NCBI GenBank assembly: GCA_963707505.1
Contig: CAVPQB010000004.1
Coordinates: 1,248,001 to 1,312,000, forward strand
Length of the DNA stretch: 64,000 bases
Source of the DNA: an uncultured Gemmatimonadales bacterium
GTDB taxonomy: Bacteria > Gemmatimonadota > Gemmatimonadetes > Gemmatimonadales > Gemmatimonadaceae
Reading direction: 5' to 3'
Notes under the pieces: model-generated
Database searches by the model: none
What the model saw: only the letters and a program-made list of their open reading frames with translations
What the model was told of the DNA's origin: nothing
Part shown: positions 1 to 9,232 of the stretch, in pieces
Layout of the letters: each line of letters begins with the position of its first letter
Position numbering within the stretch: the stretch's first letter is position 1
Position numbers and translations under genes: made by a program

Positions 1-804
1 CAGGAATGAGAGAGTGCCGTTCGGAACGCGTCCCTGCTTGACGAGCCGGCGGAAGAATTCGGTGAGGCCTGCAAGATGCGGGTAGGAAAGCCTGTAGTCG
101 AGACCCGAGAGGTATTCGTCGCACACTTCGGTAGCAACTCCAGTGGCGTCGTGCGCCTGCCGGGCGAGGGTCGTGCGATGCGCCACACCCCAGTTGCGAG
201 ACTCGATCAGTCTCGCGTGAACGGCCAGCGCGCTGGACACATCCACACCGCGCCGCGCAACCCAGACAGCGAAGACGAACGGCAGATCGGTCCAGCTCTT
301 CCACACCTCTCCCAGGTCGTACACGTACGGATAACGTCTGCTGTCGGCGAGGACGAGCGCTGCGTCGCCTATGACGAGGCGTGCGTCGTGCGAGTCGTCG
401 GTGCGAATGTCGCGGATCTCTGCGTCACCCGGAACAAAGTCGGGCAGCGTGCGCCACACATTCTCGAACAGCAGCTGGAGTAGCGCGACGCTCGTCATCG
501 AGCTGCGCGAGACGACCACACTGCGGGCGCCCAACTGCTCGGCGGGCAACCTCGAGAACAGCATCACGCTGCGTACCGGTCCGTCGCATGAGATCGCGAG
601 ATCCGGTAGCAGCAGATACCGCTCGGAATCGCGCGCGTACTCCACGGCGGAGACGACGCTGATGTCGAGCGCACCGTTCGCCATCATGCTGTTCAGCGCA
701 GTCGGGATGCCGTCGATGAGCTCACCGTCGAGCGGAATGATTCCGCGGTCTATTGCGCCGTAAACGGGATAGCAGTTGATGTACGGGATGCGTCCGATCT
801 TCAT
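1..804 (-). CDS. mqnA: Chorismate dehydratase (futalosine menaquinone pathway), 3' end runs off the window
   Basis: Manual translation from ATG at 804: MKIGRIPYINCYPVY...DGPVRSV...SMTSVALL...LVIGDAAL...DLGEVWKSWTDLPFVFAVW, the MqnA signature; directly downstream of mqnE; not in the ORF track because there is no stop in the window. Confidence 0.9.
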   Translation of the reverse strand, partial: MKIGRIPYINCYPVYGAIDRGIIPLDGELIDGIPTALNSMMANGALDISVVSAVEYARDSERYLLLPDLAISCDGPVRSVMLFSRLPAEQLGARSVVVSRSSMTSVALLQLLFENVWRTLPDFVPGDAEIRDIRTDDSHDARLVIGDAALVLADSRRYPYVYDLGEVWKSWTDLPFVFAVWVARRGVDVSSALAVHARLIESRNWGVAHRTTLARQAHDATGVATEVCDEYLSGLDYRLSYPHLAGLTEFFRRLVKQGRVPNGTLSFL

Positions 805-819
805 GCGCTCTTCATGCGG

Positions 820-1980
820 CTACGCCGCGCGCTGCGATGAATCGTCGCCGAACGTGCGGACGACGTTGTACAGCGAGTCGCGCTCGACCGGTACACGGCG
901 CGCACCGCGTATCAGCTTGATCAGATCATCCAGTGACATCCCCTGTGCCGTGTGCGCGCCAGCCTCGTGGTAGATCTTCTCCTTCACCACGGTACCTTCC
1001 AGGTCGTTCACGCCGAACGACAGCGACGCCTGCGACAGGCCCGGCGTCACCATTATCCAGTGACTCTTGATGTGGTCGAAGTTGTCGAGGAAGAGCCGGC
1101 CAACGGCGAGATTGCGAAGATCGTCGAACCCCGACGTCGCGGTCCCCTCGCGCCCGAGCTCGATTCCGAGCTCGTTGTTGTCTGGGTGATACGCCAGCGG
1201 AACGTACGCGAGAAAGCCGCCGGTCTCGTCCTGCAGATCGCGCAACATCATGAGATGATCGACGCGATCCTGCATCGTCTCCACGTGACCGTAAAGCATC
1301 GTGCAGTTGCTGCGGATACCAAGACGGTGCGCTACGCGATGCACTTCGATCCAGTCCTCCGCGGCGAGCTTCTTCTCCGCGATATTGGCGCGCACTGCCT
1401 TGCTGAACACCTCGGCGCCGCCGCCGGGCAACGTATCGAGCCCCGCGTCGCGCAGCGTGACCAGAACCTCCTCGACCGACATCTTGTCGATGCGCGCGAT
1501 GTGCGCGATCTCGACCGCGGTCAGCGCCTTGATGTGGATGTTGGGATGGCGCTGCTTGAGGCCGCGGAACATGTCAGCGTAGTACTGCAGGCCGGCCTTC
1601 ATGTCGAGTCCGCCCACGATGTGGAACTCCCGGGTCAATCCACCGGTGGAGTTCGACTCTTCGAACACTTGTTCGAGACTGTAATGATAGGCCCCGTCTT
1701 CCTTGGGGAGTCGCGCGAAAGAGCAGAAGACGCACGTCGTCCGCAGGTAGCAGACGTTGGTCGGATTTATGTGCTGATTCGAGGCGAATGTCACGCGATC
1801 GCCGTTCTTCGCGCGATTCACCTGATCTGCAAGCGAACCCAGTCCGATGATGTCGGGGCTCTCGAACAGTGCGAGGCCGTCAGAGCTGTCCAGTCTCGTG
1901 CCAGAGGAGAGCTTGTCGCCTGCGGCGCGCAGTGCGGGATCGGTGACGAGCGACAGGTCCAGCGTCATTCCCGCGAGCAT
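820..1980 (-). CDS. mqnE: Aminofutalosine synthase, radical SAM (CofH/MqnE family)
   Basis: INPTNVC...CVFCSF, LPGGGAEVF, TMLYGHVE, LFLDNFDHIKSHW, EKIYHEAGA, PVERDSLYN motifs; adjacent to mqnA; start could be 1968. Confidence 0.85.
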   Translation of the reverse strand: MLAGMTLDLSLVTDPALRAAGDKLSSGTRLDSSDGLALFESPDIIGLGSLADQVNRAKNGDRVTFASNQHINPTNVCYLRTTCVFCSFARLPKEDGAYHYSLEQVFEESNSTGGLTREFHIVGGLDMKAGLQYYADMFRGLKQRHPNIHIKALTAVEIAHIARIDKMSVEEVLVTLRDAGLDTLPGGGAEVFSKAVRANIAEKKLAAEDWIEVHRVAHRLGIRSNCTMLYGHVETMQDRVDHLMMLRDLQDETGGFLAYVPLAYHPDNNELGIELGREGTATSGFDDLRNLAVGRLFLDNFDHIKSHWIMVTPGLSQASLSFGVNDLEGTVVKEKIYHEAGAHTAQGMSLDDLIKLIRGARRVPVERDSLYNVVRTFGDDSSQRAA

Positions 1981-1988
1981 GCAGCGTG

Positions 1989-3239
1989 TTACCCCTCGAA
2001 ACGCCGGATAGCCAGGCTGACGTTGTGGCCGCCGAAACCAAAGCTGTTGCTCAGCGCGGCGGTTACAGGCCGCGTGACCGCGACGTTAGGCGTGAAGTTG
2101 AGATCGAGCTCCGGATCCGGATGCTCGTAATTGATAGTTGGTGGAATCACGCCCTCTCCGACAACGAGTGCGCAGATAACGAATTCAACCGCACCGGCAG
2201 CGCCGAGCATGTGGCCCGTCGCAGATTTGGTGGAGCTGACGTTGAGGTCCTTGGCGTGCTCGCCGAAGACGGCCTTGATGGCACGCGTCTCGTTGAGATC
2301 ATTCGCCGGCGTGGACGTACCGTGTGCGTTGATGTATTGAATGTCGGCGGGTCCGAGCTTGGCATCGCGCATCGCACGCTTCATTGCGCGCTGCGCACCC
2401 TCGCCATCCGGTGCCGGTGCAGTAAGGTGATACGCATCACCGGTCGCACCGTAGCCAACGATCTCCGCGTAGATCGTCGCGCCGCGCGCACGCGCATGCT
2501 CGAGTTCTTCGAGTATGACGATGCCCGCGCCCTCACCCATTACGAAGCCGTCGCGCGTTGCGTCGAATGGACGAGATGCGGTGGACGGGGAATCGTTACG
2601 CTCGGAAAGCGCCTTCATGTTGGCGAAGCCGCCAATCGCCATCGGTGTGACGGTGGCTTCGGCGCCGCCGGTGATCATCACATCAGCGTCGCCGTACTGG
2701 ATCGTTCTGAACGCGTCGCCGATCGCGTGCGCGGACGTCGCGCATGCGGAAACGGTCGCGTAGTTCGGTCCCTTTGCATTGAACTGCATCGAGACGATTC
2801 CAGCGGCGATGTCCGCGATGAACATCGGGATGAAGAAAGGGCTGATCTTGCTTGGGCCCAACTCCCGATACACGTCGTGTTGCTCCTCAAAGCTCTTGAG
2901 GCCGCCGATTCCGGAACCGATGATGACGCCGATCCGGTCCGGATCGATTCCCGCTTCCGCAGGGTCGCTGAGTCCAGCATCCGACATCGCCATTTTGGCG
3001 GCGGCGACGGCATACTGAGTGTACACATCGGAGCGTTTGACTTCCTTGCGCTCCATGTACTCGCCAGGATTGAAATCCTTGACCTCGGCGGCAAACCGCA
3101 CAGGAAACTTGCTCGCGTCGAATTTGGTAATCGGCGCGACGCCAGACGTGCCAGCCTTGAGAGCTTCCCAAGTCGCCGCCACAGAGTTGCCGACGGGCGT
3201 GACAACGCCCATGCCGGTGACGACGACCCTACGCGCCAT
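1989..3239 (-). CDS. fabF: 3-oxoacyl-ACP synthase II
   Basis: RRVVVTGMG, SACATS catalytic Cys, INAHGTST, GHMLGAAG, SNSFGFGGHN. Confidence 0.97.
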   Translation of the reverse strand: MARRVVVTGMGVVTPVGNSVAATWEALKAGTSGVAPITKFDASKFPVRFAAEVKDFNPGEYMERKEVKRSDVYTQYAVAAAKMAMSDAGLSDPAEAGIDPDRIGVIIGSGIGGLKSFEEQHDVYRELGPSKISPFFIPMFIADIAAGIVSMQFNAKGPNYATVSACATSAHAIGDAFRTIQYGDADVMITGGAEATVTPMAIGGFANMKALSERNDSPSTASRPFDATRDGFVMGEGAGIVILEELEHARARGATIYAEIVGYGATGDAYHLTAPAPDGEGAQRAMKRAMRDAKLGPADIQYINAHGTSTPANDLNETRAIKAVFGEHAKDLNVSSTKSATGHMLGAAGAVEFVICALVVGEGVIPPTINYEHPDPELDLNFTPNVAVTRPVTAALSNSFGFGGHNVSLAIRRFEG

Positions 3240-3478
3240 TACGCAGCGACCTTTCCGTTCAGATACGCGAGCGCATCACCAACGGTGCGCAGCTTCTCTG
3301 CGTCTTCGTCGGGAATTTCGATGTTGAATTCCTTCTCGAATTCCATCACCAGCTCGACGATGTCGAGGCTGTCAGCACCGAGATCGTCGATGAACGACGC
3401 GCCGTCGGTCAGCTTCTCGCGCTCCACGCCAAGCTCGTTGGCGATAATGTCCTTTACCTTCTCCGAATTGTCGGCCAT
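3239..3478 (-). CDS. acpP: Acyl carrier protein
   Basis: [14 protein letters not shown] phosphopantetheine site, 79 aa acidic protein. Confidence 0.98.
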   Translation of the reverse strand: MADNSEKVKDIIANELGVEREKLTDGASFIDDLGADSLDIVELVMEFEKEFNIEIPDEDAEKLRTVGDALAYLNGKVAA

Positions 3479-3501
3479 GCGGATCCTCGTACAGTTTGGG
3501 G

Positions 3502-3538
3502 GTAACGTTACAATTTAACCCTGGCCCGGTAGGCCAGG
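3502..3538. promoter_or_regulatory. Palindromes in the fabG-acpP spacer
   Basis: Perfect 10-bp palindrome GTAACGTTAC (3502-3511) and CCTGGCC-N5-GGCCAGG (3520-3538) flank a minus-strand TAAATT -10-like hexamer. Confidence 0.3.
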
Positions 3539-3558
3539 TAGAGAGTGTGACACAGGCG

Positions 3559-4299
3559 TTAGATCATCCCGCCGTCCACCACCAGGACCTGCCCCGTGAT
3601 GTACGATGCCAGGTCGGACGCCAGAAACGCGACCACTCCAGCAACATCCATGGGAGCCCCTAGACGTTCCAGCGGGATCTGGCCGGCCATCGCCGACCGT
3701 GCTTCCGGCGTCATCGCAGCGGTCATCTCCGTGTCGATGAAGCCGGGTGCTACAGCGTTCGCCAGGATGTTGCGCGAGCCAAGCTCCCTGGCGACCGATT
3801 TGGTGAGGCCGATCAGGCCGGCCTTGCTCGCTGCGTAGTTGGCCTGCCCCTTGTTGCCGTTGATTCCGACGATGCTCGTGATGTTGATCACTCGGCCCCA
3901 GCGACGTTTCATCATTCCGCGTGTCGCCGCACGAATCGCCACGAATGCGCCGCGCAGATTGGCGTCGATCACCGCGTCCCAGTCGTCGTCCTTGATGCGC
4001 ATCAGGAGGTTGTCACGCGTGAGTCCGGCGTTGTTGACGAGAATGTCGATTCCGCCAAACGCTGCCTCCACATCTGCTATGAGTTTTGTGACGGCGGCAA
4101 CGTCCCCAACGTCGGCAGCGAAACCAAGCGAGCCGCCGCCGATCTCTGCGGCGACTGATTGACTGCGCTCCAGGTCGCGGCCAACCACCGCGACCCGCGC
4201 TCCGCACTCGGCGAGCGTATTCGCAATCGCACGGCCGATACCGCGCGTGCTGCCGGTGACGAGTGCATTTCGCCCGGAAAGATCTATCTGAATGCTCAT
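3559..4299 (-). CDS. fabG: 3-oxoacyl-ACP reductase
   Basis: TGSTRGIG, NNAGLTRD, YAASK, VAPGFI; fab cluster context. Confidence 0.96.
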   Translation of the reverse strand: MSIQIDLSGRNALVTGSTRGIGRAIANTLAECGARVAVVGRDLERSQSVAAEIGGGSLGFAADVGDVAAVTKLIADVEAAFGGIDILVNNAGLTRDNLLMRIKDDDWDAVIDANLRGAFVAIRAATRGMMKRRWGRVINITSIVGINGNKGQANYAASKAGLIGLTKSVARELGSRNILANAVAPGFIDTEMTAAMTPEARSAMAGQIPLERLGAPMDVAGVVAFLASDLASYITGQVLVVDGGMI

Positions 4300-5234
4300 C
4301 CCAGCGCCTCGGCGAGTTTGTCGACGTCCGCGGGCGCGCCGACCGCGATGGTGCGTGCGCCCGGCACGAGATGCGATACCAGCCCGCCGAGAACCCTGCC
4401 CGGCCCCAGCTCGACATATAGCGAGTCAGGATGTGCAGCGTCCATCGCGCGGACTTCGGCCGACCATCTTACGGGAGACGTCAACTGTCGCAGCAGCAGC
4501 GTGCGTGCTTCATCACCGCTCGTGCACGCGTCGGCGGTCACGTTGGAGTAAACGGGAAATTCCGGATCGGCGACTTCCGTAGCCCGGAGCGCGCCGCTGA
4601 ATGCGATCTCCGTCGGCTCCATCAACGGCGAATGAAATGCGCCGCTCACTGCAAGTCGCAGCGATCGTTTGGCGCCAGCTGCCTTTGCCAGTTCCATGAC
4701 GCGCTCAACGCCGGCGGGCTCGCCTGAAACAACGACCTGTTCGTCGTTATTGTAATTGGCTGGCACAACCAGGCCGGCCTCGCGCGACGCCTGCCTGCAG
4801 AGTTCATCTATCGGAACGGTCAGGTGGCCGAGTACGGCTGCCATGGTGCCCGGACGCTCGGATCCGATGTCGAACATTATCTCGCCACGTTGCCGTACCA
4901 GCCTCGCTCCGGATTCCAGCCCGAGCGAGCCGGCCGCGTGGTAGGCTGTGAACTCGCCGAGCGAATGGCCTGCGGCCGCAACCACGCGGTTGGCGAGCAT
5001 GTCGCGCGCGGCGGCCCACGCAGCTGCCCCGTGTGCGTACAGCGCCGGCTGCGCGTTTTTGGTGAGTGTCAGCTCTTCCTGTGGCCCGTCGAAGCAGAGC
5101 GAGCTGAGTGCGAAGCCGAGTGCATCGTCAATGCGCTCGAACGTGTCGCGCGCGGCGGGAAACGCCGTGGCGAGATCCTTTCCCATTCCTTGCTTTTGTG
5201 ATCCCTGTCCGGGAAAGAGCAGGATGACGTTCAT
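4296..5234 (-). CDS. fabD: Malonyl-CoA:ACP transacylase
   Basis: FPGQGSQ, GHSLGE, VSGAFHS, QLTSPVRW. Confidence 0.97.
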   Translation of the reverse strand: MNVILLFPGQGSQKQGMGKDLATAFPAARDTFERIDDALGFALSSLCFDGPQEELTLTKNAQPALYAHGAAAWAAARDMLANRVVAAAGHSLGEFTAYHAAGSLGLESGARLVRQRGEIMFDIGSERPGTMAAVLGHLTVPIDELCRQASREAGLVVPANYNNDEQVVVSGEPAGVERVMELAKAAGAKRSLRLAVSGAFHSPLMEPTEIAFSGALRATEVADPEFPVYSNVTADACTSGDEARTLLLRQLTSPVRWSAEVRAMDAAHPDSLYVELGPGRVLGGLVSHLVPGARTIAVGAPADVDKLAEALG

Positions 5235-5258
5235 CGATCGCTTGCGGTTCTTGCCGGA

Positions 5259-6254
5259 TTACAGGCGAACGATCGCGGAAGCCCACGTGAAGCCCGCACC
5301 GAATGCAACCATCATCACGGTCGAGCCGGGCCCGACGATCTTCTTCTCGATTACCTCGTCCAGCGCGATAGGAATCGACGCGGACGACGTATTGCCAAAG
5401 CGATCCACATTCACGTACACCTTGTCCATCGAGATATTCGCGTGCTTCGCCGTTGCTTCGATGATGCGCGTGTTGGCCTGGTGCGGAATGAGAAGATCGA
5501 TGTCGGCGGCGCGAAGCTTGGCCGAGTCGAGTGCGCGGTCAGCGGCTTCACTCATCTCGCGCACTGCATGCTTGAACACTTCGCGACCGGCCATCTTCAC
5601 GAGGTGAGTGCGGTTCTCGAGAACCTCGGGCGTCATCGGATGCGCGGCGCCGCCGTCGGGACGGTACAGCAGATTCGCGAGACAGCCGTCGCTGCGCAGG
5701 AACGTCGACAGAATACCGGTGCGCTCACCGGACTTGTTGCGCTGCAACACGACGGCGCCCGAGCCGTCGCCGAACAACACGCACGTCGACCGGTCCTTCC
5801 AGTCGATGATCGCGCTCATCTTCTCGGCGCCGACCACGAGCGCCGTATCGATCGCGCCTGATGCGATCATGCCTTCGGCGACTGCGAGCCCGTACAGCCA
5901 ACCGGAGCACGCCGCCGAGACGTCGAATGCAGCGGCACGCGTTGCGCCGAGCTCGGCCTGGAGATCGACTGCCGTTGCGGGAAGCAGACGGTCCGGCGTT
6001 GCGGTGCTGAGTATTATCGCGTCGATCTCGCCCGCGGTGACCCCTGCTTTGGCCATCGCCTGGCGCGACGCGGTGGCGGCCATCCAGCAGGTCGTCTCAG
6101 TTTCGGAGGCGATGCGGCGCTCATGGATGCCTGTGCGCTCCATGATCCATTCGTCCGACGTCTCGATGCCGATCGATGCGAAGTCGTCGTTGGTGAAGAT
6201 CCTCGCCGGGAGGCCGCGTCCTGTTCCGGTTATACGTGCGATTGCTGGAATCAT
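5259..6254 (-). CDS. fabH: 3-oxoacyl-ACP synthase III
   Basis: AACSG, LFGDG, PHQAN, GNTSSAS, FGAGFTW. Confidence 0.97.
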   Translation of the reverse strand: MIPAIARITGTGRGLPARIFTNDDFASIGIETSDEWIMERTGIHERRIASETETTCWMAATASRQAMAKAGVTAGEIDAIILSTATPDRLLPATAVDLQAELGATRAAAFDVSAACSGWLYGLAVAEGMIASGAIDTALVVGAEKMSAIIDWKDRSTCVLFGDGSGAVVLQRNKSGERTGILSTFLRSDGCLANLLYRPDGGAAHPMTPEVLENRTHLVKMAGREVFKHAVREMSEAADRALDSAKLRAADIDLLIPHQANTRIIEATAKHANISMDKVYVNVDRFGNTSSASIPIALDEVIEKKIVGPGSTVMMVAFGAGFTWASAIVRL

Positions 6255-7291
6255 GATGCTGCTACCGCCGCGGAGTGCTTCTGTTCAGAGGCGGTGAGAC
6301 GCTGGCCCATTAGATCGTTCATCTTGCTCTCCACTGCACGCACGCCGACCTTCACTGCGTTCTTGATGGCGCGCGGCGATGACTTGCCATGTGAGATTAT
6401 GCTGATGCCGCGCACGCCCAGTAGAGGGGCGCCGCCGTGCTCAGAGTAGTCTAGCTGGCTGAGCGAGCGAGCGAGTGTTTCGGGCTCGATGCCAGCAGAT
6501 TTTTTTATGAGGCCGACGATCATCGGGGTGACGGCCTCGTAGAATTTGAGTACCACATTACCGACGAACCCGTCACAAACCACCACGTCGATCAATCCCG
6601 CGTCGGTGCGGCCTGCCGGGAGATCGCGTCCTTCGACGTTGCCCGCGAAGTTGAAACCAGCGGCTGCGAAGAGCGCGTTGGCTTCCTTGACGACCGCGTT
6701 TCCCTTCTCGGGCTCCTCGCCGATGCTGAGCAGTCCTATAGCCGGATTTTCGCGGCCCAGGATGCACTCGGCGTAGACGCCTCCGAGCCACGCGAACTGG
6801 AGCAGCTCGCGGGCCGAGCAGTCGACGTTGGCGCCCGAGTCCAGCACGACGACCGGCCGTTGGGCGGTAGGAAAGAGCGTCGCGATGGCTGGCCGGTGGA
6901 GTCCGGGAAGCAGCTTGAGAATGAGCGCTGAGGCCGCCATCTGGGCCCCGGTACTGCCAGCCGAGACGAAAGCGTCGGCCTCACCTTTTACTTGAAGTGT
7001 GAGGCCTATCGTCATGGAGTTATTGGGCTTAGCGCGCAGCGCAGCAACCGGCTTATCGGACATGTCGATGATATCTGGGGCATCGACGATGGATATCCGG
7101 CTACGGTGCGACGCAAGCGAGGCGTACTCGCCCGCGAGCAGCGAGTCGAGCGTGCTCTGGATAAGGTCAGCGCGCCCGACGAGTTGGATGCTGTGTGACT
7201 GATCCAGATCCGCCAGCGCGAGGAGCGCGCCTGCGACCGGAGCGGCGGGGGCAAAGTCGCCCCCCATCGCGTCTAACGCGATGCGGGCCAA
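6251..7291 (-). CDS. plsX: Phosphate acyltransferase
   Basis: IALDAMGGDFAP, LDSGAN, GEEPEKG, VVCDGFVGN, GGAPLLG, SHGKS; TTG start. Confidence 0.97.
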   Translation of the reverse strand: MARIALDAMGGDFAPAAPVAGALLALADLDQSHSIQLVGRADLIQSTLDSLLAGEYASLASHRSRISIVDAPDIIDMSDKPVAALRAKPNNSMTIGLTLQVKGEADAFVSAGSTGAQMAASALILKLLPGLHRPAIATLFPTAQRPVVVLDSGANVDCSARELLQFAWLGGVYAECILGRENPAIGLLSIGEEPEKGNAVVKEANALFAAAGFNFAGNVEGRDLPAGRTDAGLIDVVVCDGFVGNVVLKFYEAVTPMIVGLIKKSAGIEPETLARSLSQLDYSEHGGAPLLGVRGISIISHGKSSPRAIKNAVKVGVRAVESKMNDLMGQRLTASEQKHSAAVAAS

Positions 7292-7474
7292 CTAGGCGCC
7301 CTTAGCGGCTACTCTCTGTTTGCCGCCGTAGTAGCCACATTCCTCGCACACGTGGTGCGGACGTTTGATGGCCTGGCACTGCGGACACTTCTGGAGAGCA
7401 ATCGCGGGAGCTCCCTTCGCAGTGTTGCGGAGGCGCTTGCGCTGCTTGGATATACGGCGTTTGGGGACGGCCAT
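7292..7474 (-). CDS. rpmF: 50S ribosomal protein L32 (Zn-ribbon form)
   Basis: MAVPKRRISK, CPQC...PHHVCEECGYY. Confidence 0.97.
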   Translation of the reverse strand: MAVPKRRISKQRKRLRNTAKGAPAIALQKCPQCQAIKRPHHVCEECGYYGGKQRVAAKGA

Positions 7475-7497
7475 GGGACGGCTTCTAGGTCAGGTTT

Positions 7498-8025
7498 TCA
7501 GGCTTGGAAGTCGTCGCGCGAGACGTTACTCTGGCGCAGCGAATCCCATCGGGCATCGGTGGTGACGGGCTCGCAGTCGCAAGCCCCTTCGTTCAGGTTG
7601 GTGCCGCACTTGAGGCAGAGCCCCTTGCAGTCCTCCCTGCATTCAACGAAGGCTGGCACCGAGAGGAGCCACCCTTCGCGTACAGCTGGTCTAACGTCGA
7701 GCTGGTGAGCGCCGGGATCGTACGTGAATACGTCCGGATCATCTTCCGTCGTCGGATCGCCGGCGGGAGCGAAGATGAAATGTGCATCCTCACTCACTTC
7801 CCGGGTGACCTCGACGAGGCACTTCCGGCATTCCAGTGTCACCTGTCCGGAGAGCTTGCCGCTGAAGTAGAAACGGCCGGCACCGGCACTTGAAAGCCGT
7901 CCTTCGACGTGAACGGCGTCGTTTGGACGCGTATCGGCCGCACTCCATATGGGATCGTCAGCCGGAAGGTCTCCAACGACCTGTGCGGCGGTCGACTCCA
8001 GCGTGCGGATGTCGAAGGACAGCAT
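7498..8025 (-). CDS. yceD: DUF177/YceD family protein
   Basis: CRKCL, CREDCKGLCLKCGTNLN..CDC, DARW; canonical position before rpmF; start ATG 8025 or GTG 8031. Confidence 0.92.
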   Translation of the reverse strand: MLSFDIRTLESTAAQVVGDLPADDPIWSAADTRPNDAVHVEGRLSSAGAGRFYFSGKLSGQVTLECRKCLVEVTREVSEDAHFIFAPAGDPTTEDDPDVFTYDPGAHQLDVRPAVREGWLLSVPAFVECREDCKGLCLKCGTNLNEGACDCEPVTTDARWDSLRQSNVSRDDFQA

Positions 8026-8033
8026 AGCCACAT

Positions 8034-8062
8034 AAGATAGCCAGATGGGGGGCGGGGTGCAA
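8034..8062 (-). promoter_or_regulatory. Sigma70-type promoter of the yceD-rpmF-plsX-fab operon
   Basis: Minus strand TTGCAC-17 nt-TATCTT; the -10 box ends 8 nt before the yceD ATG. Confidence 0.5.
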
Positions 8063-8112
8063 CGGGACAGGGCAGCGAGCGTGAAGGAGTGGCTAAGCCC
8101 TAGGCCCGTCGA

Positions 8113-8268
8113 TCACGACTGCGACTGCATGAACGCCCGCAAAACGGCGTTCATTCTTCCGTGGTATCCCGGTCCGTGGCGCTTAAAAAAACCAACACAT
8201 CAGGATCGACCCGAAACGCGATGGGTTTCTTTGCACCGACCGGAGAGCGGCCGATTGTGCATGGTCAT
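8113..8268 (-). pseudogene. BrnA-family (type II TA) antitoxin fragment, frameshifted
   Basis: Minus strand reads GRSPVGAKKPIAFRVDPDVL, then after a frameshift in a T7 run FFKRHGPGYHGRMNAVLRAFMQSQS*; resembles the BrnA C-terminal consensus; no BrnT toxin adjacent. Confidence 0.7.
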
Positions 8269-8278
8269 GAGGATAGTC

Positions 8279-9137
8279 CTATGGACGAATGGCAAAGGTG
8301 CGATGTACGAACCCCGGATGTCCACGCGCATCCTGGATATCGAACAGCATCACGTATGAGCCGGGCGTGAAGTTGGCCGTCATCGAAGCCTTCTGGCCGG
8401 CATACATGCCGCTCACGCCGCCGATTGCAGTCGCGGCGGGCGCCACTGTAGCGCGGTTGGCGTACCACGTGAGCGCATCCTGAGATGAGCGTCCGGGCAG
8501 CAGCTTCAACAGCTGAAAATCCCGGAAATGCGGACCATCACTCAGCACGCGAAGGATGCGCACGCCGCTCTTGAGAGGAGTACCGGTCAGGTCAATGTTG
8601 TTGCGGCTCATGGTCGCGACTGCATCGCTCACGGGAGCCAATCCGGTATCGGCCGCCGCAACCACGTCGAAGGAGCCGGCCATTCCCTTCACCACGTGAA
8701 GCGCTCCATCCGGTGATTTCACAAAGCAGCCTGACGGCGTATTGTCCGGGCGGAAAATACGCGGAGATAATCGCGGTGTCGCCGGGACTTACAACGTCGA
8801 CACCGGCCCAGCCTTTCACGTCCGGCGGTATGTGCTGATGGACGAGTGAATCCACAAACGCTGCAGGCGTATATCCGACCGGGACTGCCAGGACGCCCAG
8901 CATGTGCTGCTCACTGCCGCGATTCGCGAGACGGAGGGTAACCCAGCCGGACGGGGCGTGCATCGGGAGACCGGTGTACGCGTAGTCCGTCGCAGTAACG
9001 AGATAGTCGCGCGTGGCGGCCGCCACAGCGGAGTCGTGCGGTGCACCCATCGGTGGCTTCGCTCGCTCGTTGCGACTGCACCCTGCCCACGCAATTGCAA
9101 GAACGGCGATCGTAGCGGTCGATCCGGGGCTGCGCAT
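8279..9137 (-). CDS. Tandem cupredoxin-like lipoprotein (frameshift at about 8733)
   Basis: Lipobox AWAGC; joining ORFs 8592-9194 and 8279-8722 by removing one base gives NRGSEQH...PGQYAVGCFVKSPDGALHVVKGM; the second repeat ends PGSYVMLF. Confidence 0.65.
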
Positions 9138-9157
9138 GAGGTTATAACGGTGATGGT

Positions 9158-9194
9158 TGGCGGCGAAGATGTATCCTGCCGCCACGCGCGTCAA
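9158..9194 (-). promoter_or_regulatory. Putative promoter with overlapping inverted repeat upstream of the cupredoxin gene
   Basis: Minus strand TTGACG-17 nt-CATCTT; TGGCGGC (9158-9164)/GCCGCCA (9178-9184) inverted repeat spans the -10 box. Confidence 0.3.
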
Positions 9195-9232
9195 GCTGAC
9201 TCGGTCCGGCTCTGACCCGTGGCGCGTCAGCG

